Shown here piece after piece: positions 57,853-64,000 of a stretch of DNA of 64,000 nt (positions are counted from its first letter, which is position 1; each line of letters begins with the position of its first letter). This stretch comes from a phage. Both the position numbers and the translations under genes were made by a program. Below the pieces are notes generated by a model. The model was not told where the DNA came from. It saw nothing but the letters and a program-made list of their open reading frames with translations, and made no database searches. The stretch is from the sequence record PX441839.1; one strand, 5' to 3'.

Positions 57853-57951
57853 ATGGAAATTTTTATGTTGGTATCAGCTATGTTCTTGGTATGTTTGATT
57901 GATGAATTGTACTACAATGTTCGTAAGAATCCCTTCGGATGTTGGGAATAA
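57853..57951 (+). CDS. Micro-ORF (32 aa, hydrophobic)
   Basis: SD TAGGAG; MEIFMLVSAMFLVCLIDELYYNVRKNPFGCWE. Confidence 0.35.
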   Translation: MEIFMLVSAMFLVCLIDELYYNVRKNPFGCWE

Positions 57952-58058
57952 TGGACAGCTATGTCAAGATGTATGTTGGGATCATGTTGTTTGGTATGAT
58001 CCTGATGGGACTAGGTATGTTGGGTAAGTTTATAATTTGGATTATGGGGGTGTTATGA
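57951..58058 (+). CDS. Micro-ORF (35 aa, transmembrane-like)
   Basis: Start overlaps upstream stop (TAATG); MDSYVKMYVGIMLFGMILMGLGMLGKFIIWIMGVL. Confidence 0.35.
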   Translation: MDSYVKMYVGIMLFGMILMGLGMLGKFIIWIMGVL

Positions 58059-58180
58059 AGATCACGGTTACAAATATGAAGTGGTGGGCCTTAGCTCAAG
58101 TAGCGAATGACCATGTTGGTGGTGATAACAAGCGAGCACCCGCTCAAGTTTATGTGTGGGGACGAGGTAAGGTGGTATGA
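58055..58180 (+). CDS. Micro-ORF (41 aa)
   Basis: ATGA overlap with upstream stop. Confidence 0.3.
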   Translation: MKITVTNMKWWALAQVANDHVGGDNKRAPAQVYVWGRGKVV

Positions 58181-58356
58181 TTAAGAAGATCTCTTACCTG
58201 CGGTGGCAGATGTGGGAACTTATTTATAAGTTCACTTACTGGCTGTTCGCAGAGCACCCTGTCACATGGGGAGTTAAGCACAGTAGGAATATGGCATACA
58301 CTAAGTATTGTTTACCAAATCGAGGTGGGAAATGGAAGGGTATTTTCAAAAAGTAA
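58177..58356 (+). CDS. Micro-ORF (59 aa)
   Basis: ATGA overlap with upstream stop. Confidence 0.3.
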   Translation: MIKKISYLRWQMWELIYKFTYWLFAEHPVTWGVKHSRNMAYTKYCLPNRGGKWKGIFKK

Positions 58357-58571
58357 AGTGCATCGAATCTGACACTTGGATGTTTACAGAGGGATTCTTG
58401 TACCTGGCCCGAAAATCATTCTGGGGTGACGATTGGGAGATCTTGTCAGACGATGATGGTAAGTGCATAGATAATCCGTGGTACGCCCGTGGGGATGCTG
58501 ATGGCAAGCTTATTTTCATCCTAGGTGAGGATGATCTTAAATTCGAGGTTGTTAATGCAGAAGCTAACTAA
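58332..58571 (+). CDS. Hypothetical protein
   Basis: ATG with GAGGTGGG SD. Confidence 0.35.
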   Translation: MEGYFQKVKCIESDTWMFTEGFLYLARKSFWGDDWEILSDDDGKCIDNPWYARGDADGKLIFILGEDDLKFEVVNAEAN

Positions 58572-58800
58572 GGCAGAAGAAAAGTGGATTCGTGACTTAC
58601 AAAAGGTCATTGATCGATGCCCTTCTGATAGGCTGGGTTTCTACACTATAGGTGATCCCATGATAGGGATCTACAATCTAGAGTTCTTAGATAAGATCTC
58701 CGACATGAAGGGAGACCTTATCAGTATACTTAACCAAAATGGCTGGGGTTTCGATGAGATTATCTACTTCCCTGCCCCTGTTGAAGGAGTTTGTGGCTGA
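58555..58800 (+). CDS. Hypothetical protein
   Basis: Internal ATG overlapping upstream stop. Confidence 0.35.
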   Translation: MQKLTKAEEKWIRDLQKVIDRCPSDRLGFYTIGDPMIGIYNLEFLDKISDMKGDLISILNQNGWGFDEIIYFPAPVEGVCG

Positions 58801-59042
58801 TGATTGATAAAGCATTCATTGTGCAATGTATTAAGAATGACAAGTATATCCCTTCTGAGCCGAAGGAGGAGATTAACTTTAGGGAAGGTGAACGCTACAT
58901 TTGCTTCTGTAACGGTGCCCATTTTGACATCTACAATCCCAACGATGTTGATGGAATGGAGCCGTGGTCTGCCAAGAAGCTGGGTGATGGATACCTGGGT
59001 ATATTTGGGTTCAAGAATGAAGTTCAATTTGAAATTATTTAA
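58800..59042 (+). CDS. Hypothetical protein
   Basis: ATG overlapping upstream stop. Confidence 0.35.
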   Translation: MIDKAFIVQCIKNDKYIPSEPKEEINFREGERYICFCNGAHFDIYNPNDVDGMEPWSAKKLGDGYLGIFGFKNEVQFEII

Positions 59043-59047
59043 TAAAA

Positions 59048-59073
59048 AGGGTTGACTTCGGTCAGCCCTTTTT
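59048..59073 (+). terminator. Rho-independent terminator
   Basis: AGGGTTGAC-TTCG-GTCAGCCCT hairpin followed by a T-run. Confidence 0.55.
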
Positions 59074-59118
59074 GTATTCTATCCTCATCGAAACGAAACA
59101 GAGAAAAGGAAGCATAAA

Positions 59119-59343
59119 ATGAGCATGAAGAAAAAAGCAAATGACCTAGCACGTATTGCAACCCAGAAAGGACACATCGAAGCGGTTCGTCGTTTACAGC
59201 AAGCTTTTGAACTGGAATTACGTGCTGCGGGAGTAAAGGGGCTTAATATCGAACTGGCACAGATCAATGCAGTCATTGGATTCTATGAAGATAAGATCGG
59301 TGGTGAGTATGACAACGCCCTGTTTGAGATGGAGGATCTGTAA
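59119..59343 (+). CDS. Hypothetical protein
   Basis: 74 aa ORF. Confidence 0.4.
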   Translation: MSMKKKANDLARIATQKGHIEAVRRLQQAFELELRAAGVKGLNIELAQINAVIGFYEDKIGGEYDNALFEMEDL

Positions 59344-59489
59344 TGGCTGCTCATCATCCTCTGTAAGTATATCGCCGAGTTTATCGAATATACTTTCATC
59401 AATAATAAAATGTTCCTGAACTATGCCTGTGGGTTAAGTGGTAATTTTAATGGCATTCAACGAAGATAAAACTGCAAATCTGGAGATAA

Positions 59490-59861
59490 ATGATGGTTAA
59501 CATTCCTACCTCTAAGCACCTTGTTCCGCATTACCGTGTAATGACAAGCGACATCCGGTGCTCTTGTGAAGACTCCTGTGATTGTATGCCAGGTATGTAC
59601 TTGACATTAGATGGTCTCCCAGGTTATGGTTCCGCACACTGGACCTATACGGATGAGACTTGCCCCAAAGGTGTGGATACATTTGGCAAAGCATACTGGT
59701 GCTCTTTCTTAGGTTTAGAACCCTTTTGGGCTACGTGTGAGGAGGATGCGGCAGAAACTTTACGGAAACGTCTTGACATGATGGGTATGTGTGCTACAGT
59801 TAACTTTCAAAACACGAAACAGGCGCAGGACGTCATTAATGAACTGGAGAAAAATAAATGA
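59490..59861 (+). CDS. Cys-rich hypothetical protein
   Basis: 123 aa; CSCEDSCDCMPG. Confidence 0.4.
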   Translation: MMVNIPTSKHLVPHYRVMTSDIRCSCEDSCDCMPGMYLTLDGLPGYGSAHWTYTDETCPKGVDTFGKAYWCSFLGLEPFWATCEEDAAETLRKRLDMMGMCATVNFQNTKQAQDVINELEKNK

Positions 59862-60115
59862 ATCATCTTGAAGATATTGAAGAATGTGAAGTTAAATTGA
59901 TTACTCAAAAAGAGGCTGCTAATATTTTGGATATGGCATACGCCCTCAATCGAGCACACCCTCAGCTTCGGGTTGGTCAAAACTTGTGGAACTATATTGA
60001 CGAAGACTTTCCAGAACTGGCTGCTAAGTTCTGCTCAGGGGAGTATGACTTTTTCTACCAGCGCCATGTCCCAACAGTAATCGAAATCTTTTATCAACAT
60101 TATGTGGAGAAATAA
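59858..60115 (+). CDS. Hypothetical protein
   Basis: 85 aa ORF, ATGA overlap. Confidence 0.4.
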   Translation: MNHLEDIEECEVKLITQKEAANILDMAYALNRAHPQLRVGQNLWNYIDEDFPELAAKFCSGEYDFFYQRHVPTVIEIFYQHYVEK

Positions 60116-60349
60116 ATGAATATCAACAAACTTCTGACAACCGCCGATAAACTACTCACTCACGAATCTGTTATCCGTGTATGCAAGGAGGATGGTCGAA
60201 TTGCAGAGGCAACTGTGATGCAGCACATCACTGATGAACTGTCTTGGGATTTCACTTACTCAATTCGAGACCTGGATCTTGAGAATCCAGAGAAGTTCCT
60301 TGACTTCTATGCCGCTGTTAAAGACTATGTTCTGAAAGAAAACAACTAA
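60116..60349 (+). CDS. Hypothetical protein
   Basis: 77 aa ORF. Confidence 0.4.
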   Translation: MNINKLLTTADKLLTHESVIRVCKEDGRIAEATVMQHITDELSWDFTYSIRDLDLENPEKFLDFYAAVKDYVLKENN

Positions 60350-60358
60350 GGACTCGAT

Positions 60359-60631
60359 ATGGATTTTAAAATTAAGACCGTAACCAAAACTGGAACTCTT
60401 GTGTTTAGCCCTCAAGATGATACGTGGGATGACAACACGGAAGAAGAATTAATGGAACTCTTCAAGGAGTCATTTCCAAATCTCACTCTTGTGAACGATG
60501 ACAGCTTGTGGTTCCAATTTGAGATCGTTGATGAAGGTTGTTCCCGACCAGAATACATGACGGCAGCTTGCCAAGAACTGGTTAGTATTGCGGAATCGAA
60601 ATTCAACTTGAAGCTGGATACAGTATTTTAA
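60359..60631 (+). CDS. Hypothetical acidic protein
   Basis: 90 aa ORF. Confidence 0.4.
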   Translation: MDFKIKTVTKTGTLVFSPQDDTWDDNTEEELMELFKESFPNLTLVNDDSLWFQFEIVDEGCSRPEYMTAACQELVSIAESKFNLKLDTVF

Positions 60632-60636
60632 AAATA

Positions 60637-60655
60637 AGGGGCCTAGGAAGGCCCC
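60637..60655 (+). terminator. Hairpin, probable terminator
   Basis: AGGGGCC-TAGGA-AGGCCCCT; weak T-run. Confidence 0.4.
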
Positions 60656-60735
60656 TGTTGCGTTTAAACGACACAACCCTTAACATCGTACCAGATGACC
60701 AGAAAGTCTCTCAGAATTGATTACAGGAGCTTACA

Positions 60736-61539
60736 GTGACAACACCAAAAGGACCAGATATTTTACCAATACACGCATATGGGGTGGAGGAGTACAACCC
60801 AAGCCATAGTGATACCCGACCAGAGTTACCTGACCTACCATCATTCTGTGATAAGGTTAGTGAAGCAATGAATGAGATCTCCGATGGAAATCCAGATGAA
60901 GCCATTAGGATACTGGCAGACTTACGATCAGACATGTCTTATTTTAGCATGGCACCAATCGTAGAGCATATGGATCAGAGCGAAGATGTTATTGCCAAAT
61001 TTGCCCTGACCTACCATGAAATAAGACAAAGCCTCCTCGGAGTTGCCACCTATGAGGAAAATGCCCAGGCCCTTATGGATGTGCTGGAAGATATCGATGA
61101 GAGCATTACCGATGTTGAGCCTTCTACTGTGTGGGGAGACAAAATAAAGGAGTACGTGGGGTACGGAGTCAAGGGGTTCTTCGACAGCTTCCCCTACCTT
61201 TCTAAAAGGACTTTTTATTACAACCCTTATCTTAAGGCGTACATGGCAAAGGTTAATCTCCCTGATTCCCAAACCATATGGATTAAGGTTATGGGCGGTG
61301 GTGTTGTAATGAATACCGACAGTGGGACTATGACAATAACTGGCAGAGAGGTTATGTTCTCATCAATAAGCAGAGAATCAGTTAAGTACACGGATAAGCA
61401 ATTGAAAGAGATGTTTGAAACATCCATGTGGGATGCCAGCGAAGACGAACTTATGATGTTTAAGATGGTTTACCCTGAACACCACAGTGATATTTTAGAT
61501 TTACTGAGGGCTTGGCGCGGAAAAGAAAATACGAATTGA
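60736..61539 (+). CDS. Hypothetical acidic protein (267 aa)
   Basis: GTG start with AGGAG SD. Confidence 0.4.
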   Translation: MTTPKGPDILPIHAYGVEEYNPSHSDTRPELPDLPSFCDKVSEAMNEISDGNPDEAIRILADLRSDMSYFSMAPIVEHMDQSEDVIAKFALTYHEIRQSLLGVATYEENAQALMDVLEDIDESITDVEPSTVWGDKIKEYVGYGVKGFFDSFPYLSKRTFYYNPYLKAYMAKVNLPDSQTIWIKVMGGGVVMNTDSGTMTITGREVMFSSISRESVKYTDKQLKEMFETSMWDASEDELMMFKMVYPEHHSDILDLLRAWRGKENTN

Positions 61540-61627
61540 GATATTTTTGCAGGATATTTGGATTGATATTTGGGTTCAATTCTCAGATTGAAATTCGATT
61601 TGAGATTTTATTTTAGATTTTTACATA

Positions 61628-61647
61628 TGGGCTTCGGCCCCCTTTTT
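61628..61647 (+). terminator. Short hairpin terminator
   Basis: GGGC-TTCG-GCCC followed by CCTTTTT. Confidence 0.4.
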
Positions 61648-61788
61648 CACATTTGTTGAACAACTTGGAGGTCATACGGAACGATTGGTAGGCGTCAGTG
61701 ATAATTAAGTACAACATTTCACACATTAAGTGCAGAATATTGGCATAACTCACAATATATCACACATAACTTCGTTAACGTATGTTCA

Positions 61789-61975
61789 AAAATTTTGGAA
61801 CTCGATCACTTTTTTAAAATCCAAATCGTATTCGTCAGTGAGGGAATGAGTTGGGTACAGAGGTAAAATTTTGAGAACCGGAGCACTTTTTTAAATCTGA
61901 GATCGTATTCAAAATCCAGATACAGAGTGAAAAATTTGAGAACTAGAGAGCTTTTTTAAAATCCAAATCGTATTC
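61789..61975. repeat. Three imperfect ~47-bp direct repeats (iteron-like)
   Basis: Units near 61789-61834, 61863-61910, 61929-61975, each ending CTTTTTTAAAATCCAAATCGTATTC or a close variant, spaced about 66-74 bp. Confidence 0.6.
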
Positions 61976-62305
61976 TTTTCTAAGTTGTTAAGCACAATTT
62001 TATAGTGGAGTCAATGTGTTTTTAAAATCTTCACAAAAGGTTTAGATGGGAGTGATTATCGTTTAGAAAGGTAAATAAGAATCATTATCATTTGCAGGAT
62101 AGCGGGCACCCCCGGTGTTTTGTACTCCGGTTTCAATGTTCCCGCTATGTGTATAATATACCCTGGACCGTTACCGCTTGCAAGTGTCTTTACATTTATT
62201 TACAAAACTATTTAAGACGAACTACCGGCGATCAACCTTCGGTGCGCCTCCGCTACCTTAGCCCCGCCTTTACGCCGTGGGGTGGCGTTCCTAACCTTTG
62301 AAAAT

Positions 62306-62334
62306 AGTATAGCCAGGCTTGCGCCCGGCGTCAA
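62306..62334 (-). promoter_or_regulatory. Sigma70-like promoter firing leftward into the non-coding/repeat region
   Basis: On the minus strand: TTGACG, 17-nt spacer, TATACT; no ORF downstream. Confidence 0.45.
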
Positions 62335-62337
62335 TAG

Positions 62338-62646
62338 TTATTTTTCCAATTCCCTTAAATAATCCACCACGCCAAACCAATAAGAGATTAACAACGGTTT
62401 AAGTTTAAATTGTTCCTTCCGTGCCAGATAAACAACCTTTACACATTTTTCGTCGGCGTCGATCCTACCCTGGCGGCGCGGGCTGTTGTAAGTTACATCT
62501 TGTATTTTGTGAAGATCTAAGATCTCGCTTACGGTTAAACCTGTTTCCCTTGCCACCTGGTGAACGGTTCCACCTTGCCAACCTAAAGCAGCCATCAATA
62601 GTTCGGTATTGGTTTTCATGTTCCTGTTTCCTTTGTTTGCTTTCAT
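62338..62646 (-). CDS. Small putative DNA-binding regulator (possibly leaderless)
   Basis: MKANKGNRNMKTNTELLMAALGWQGGTVHQVARETGLTVSEI... with HTH-like stretch; ATG lies about 7 nt after the -10 box (alternative start at 62619 with SD). Confidence 0.35.
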   Translation of the reverse strand: MKANKGNRNMKTNTELLMAALGWQGGTVHQVARETGLTVSEILDLHKIQDVTYNSPRRQGRIDADEKCVKVVYLARKEQFKLKPLLISYWFGVVDYLRELEK

Positions 62647-62653
62647 TGCGTAC

Positions 62654-62682
62654 ATAATACCCCCATATAAAAAGGATTGCAA
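62654..62682 (-). promoter_or_regulatory. Sigma70-like promoter (divergent partner)
   Basis: On the minus strand: TTGCAA, 17-nt spacer, TATTAT. Confidence 0.45.
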
Positions 62683-62706
62683 GTAAAAATATTTTATATT
62701 TAGGTA

Positions 62707-62735
62707 TTGACTTGTAAAGGTCAATGATTGATAAT
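62707..62735 (+). promoter_or_regulatory. Sigma70-like promoter with overlapping inverted repeat
   Basis: TTGACT, 17-nt spacer, GATAAT; TTGAC-n8-GTCAA inverted repeat overlaps the -35. Confidence 0.45.
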
Positions 62736-62767
62736 GGCACCACGTTAACAAAACAGGTGATAAAGAT

Positions 62768-63094
62768 ATGCTACAAACTAAATATTATATTGAAGGTATC
62801 CAGGCGGCGCATAACGGCGCGGGGCGTTTCTGCCGTTATCGTAAACCTGAGAACGTAGAACAATGGCAAGCTGGTTATGATAGTGTTGAACGATCCCACA
62901 TGGTGATCCGATTCAACAGCAAGCCAATGGGTAAGCCGCTTACAGCGTACCAGGAGCGCCCCGATCCTGTCTATATGGGGACGCTAAGACAGTGCCAGGA
63001 TCGCGCCGTGTCTTTATCCCTTGCTGACCGTTCGGCATTTTTTGAAGTGTACACAAAAGACGGCGATTTGTACCGATACGAAAGCAAGATCTGA
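62768..63094 (+). CDS. Hypothetical protein with Rmf-like N-terminal motif
   Basis: GIQAAHNGAGRFCRYRKPENVEQWQAGY loosely resembles the ribosome modulation factor core (GYQAG...CPY...QW..GW); weak. Confidence 0.3.
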   Translation: MLQTKYYIEGIQAAHNGAGRFCRYRKPENVEQWQAGYDSVERSHMVIRFNSKPMGKPLTAYQERPDPVYMGTLRQCQDRAVSLSLADRSAFFEVYTKDGDLYRYESKI

Positions 63095-63110
63095 TTTTAT
63101 TTAAAAGCTA

Positions 63111-63139
63111 TTGACAAGCGCCGCTATCGTCACCATAAT
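63111..63139 (+). promoter_or_regulatory. Sigma70 consensus-like promoter
   Basis: TTGACA, 17-nt spacer, CATAAT; AAGGAG SD and ATG follow. Confidence 0.55.
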
Positions 63140-63168
63140 ACAGACTCAAAAGCAAAGGAGGCCGTAAG

Positions 63169-63408
63169 ATGTTAACCAAAAATCAATTAGTTTCTGCCGT
63201 TAAGGGTACGAATGGCATTAGCCTTGATCAAGTTTACAAGGAGTGTCGGCGATACGGGAAGATCCGACACCTGGAGGATGTAGACCAGTCCGGCACGTTG
63301 GTAACATATGCCTACATTGAATACAAGTATCTTTCTTGGGAGTTCGAACTTGTAAAAGGTGAAGTTTTATCCGTTTCATGGAACAAAGAAAATAACTGGT
63401 CATTCTAA
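63169..63408 (+). CDS. Hypothetical protein
   Basis: 79 aa ORF with AAGGAGG SD. Confidence 0.4.
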   Translation: MLTKNQLVSAVKGTNGISLDQVYKECRRYGKIRHLEDVDQSGTLVTYAYIEYKYLSWEFELVKGEVLSVSWNKENNWSF

Positions 63409-63426
63409 AAATAATTGTTGACGTAT

Positions 63427-63454
63427 CGTTATGACCGTTTATAATAGCGGTCAT
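63427..63454 (+). promoter_or_regulatory. Sigma70 consensus-like promoter with operator-like inverted repeat
   Basis: TTGACG, 16-nt spacer, TATAAT; inverted repeat ATGACCG...CGGTCAT brackets the -10. Confidence 0.55.
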
Positions 63455-63491
63455 AGAGAAACGAAACACAATCCAAACAAAGGAAATAAAA

Positions 63492-63866
63492 ATGAAAAAA
63501 TCTATCATTGCCATTATCGCCGCAGTATCTTTTAATGCCAGTGCTTACACTGTAAACCTGAATGATCTTTCAAGTTGGGAAAACAACATGCGTGATCGCT
63601 TTTCGGTCCCGAATCAAATCAAGAAAAGTCAGGAAGTCTACTGTATCGCAGATCTGACTAATGAGATCACTGGTGAAATCACAAAGGGCAATAGCTTTAA
63701 TCTTTCCGGCCCTTACGAAATGCAGGGCGGGGATCGTGTCTACACTGAGCAGGACGAAACAGGATCAACCGTTGTTTATGTTAACCCTAAAACGGGGCGC
63801 GGTTCCATTTCCATGATGGACAATAGCCAGGTTATTGCAAGCGGAAATATTAAGTGTAAATTTTAA
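63492..63866 (+). CDS. Secreted protein (signal peptide)
   Basis: MKKSIIAIIAAVSFNASA signal-peptide-like N-terminus; Cys near the C-terminus. Confidence 0.45.
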   Translation: MKKSIIAIIAAVSFNASAYTVNLNDLSSWENNMRDRFSVPNQIKKSQEVYCIADLTNEITGEITKGNSFNLSGPYEMQGGDRVYTEQDETGSTVVYVNPKTGRGSISMMDNSQVIASGNIKCKF

Positions 63867-63875
63867 AAATAGTTG

Positions 63876-63904
63876 TTGACACCGATTAGAGAAAGTAATA
63901 TTAT
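63876..63904 (+). promoter_or_regulatory. Sigma70 consensus-like promoter
   Basis: TTGACA, 17-nt spacer, TATTAT; 5' UTR hairpin GGGG-AGTTGTT-CCCC then SD. Confidence 0.5.
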
Positions 63905-63960
63905 TTATCACATAGGGCGGGGAGTTGTTCCCCACCTAAAAACAAAGAGAGTAAATAAAA

Positions 63961-64000
63961 TGGCTAAAGTAACTTTCAAAAAATCTCGCGGCGTATCTTC
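63961..64000 (+). CDS. Start of a CDS running off the window (MAKVTFKKSRGVS...)
   Basis: ATG after an SD-like AGAGAG; open to the window edge. Confidence 0.3.

Noticed and set aside
61789-61975. Direct repeats that could be mistaken for a CRISPR array
   Set aside because: Only three imperfect copies of about 47 bp with irregular 66-74 bp spacing, AT-rich, no cas genes; iterons or binding sites fit better.
62092-62301. ORF-track CDS of 69 aa
   Set aside because: No ribosome-binding site, runs through nested inverted repeats, and lies between a terminator-like region and an oppositely oriented promoter; treated as non-coding.
1-64000. Integrated prophage with integrase, or a retroelement-based diversity-generating system feeding the paralog array
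   Set aside because: No integrase, excisionase, attachment-site-like tRNA fragment or reverse transcriptase motif seen anywhere in the window.

Overview
This window reads as a segment of a tailed-phage genome (Caudoviricetes, contractile-tail-type baseplate). All calls rest on reading the ORF translations and the DNA by eye; no homology search, HMM or RNA folding was run, so family names are motif-level hypotheses. Layout: (1) 1-13186, plus strand: late baseplate and tail-fibre module in a P2/Mu-like order, ending in a bidirectional terminator. (2) 13232-51876, minus strand: a long, densely packed early/middle region with an SSB-like protein, a family A DNA polymerase and a T7 gp4-like primase-helicase (each apparently split by a group I intron carrying an HNH homing endonuclease), a Dda-like helicase, a Lar-like zinc-ribbon protein next to a C5-cytosine methyltransferase, an Rnl2-like RNA ligase next to a macro-domain protein and a secreted SleB-like hydrolase, and many small orphan ORFs. 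(3) 23704-29379, minus strand, directly after the polymerase: the most unusual locus, a tightly packed array of paralogous genes sharing an N-terminal M-[IL]-E-[ILM]-[LM]-[TS] module. In three cassettes that module is a separate 63-66 aa micro-ORF with three 17-aa tandem repeats, overlapping (ATGA) the start of a ~350-375 aa diverged paralog. (4) 51986-61539, plus strand: an island with a RelA/SpoT-type HD-domain alarmone hydrolase, a lipoprotein, an AAA+ ATPase paired with a vWA/HExxH protein, and four overlapping micro-ORFs. (5) 61540-64000: an AT-rich tract with three ~47-bp direct repeats, a structured non-coding stretch, and a run of near-consensus sigma70 promoters driving small genes. 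No tRNA, rRNA, CRISPR array, integrase or reverse transcriptase was seen.
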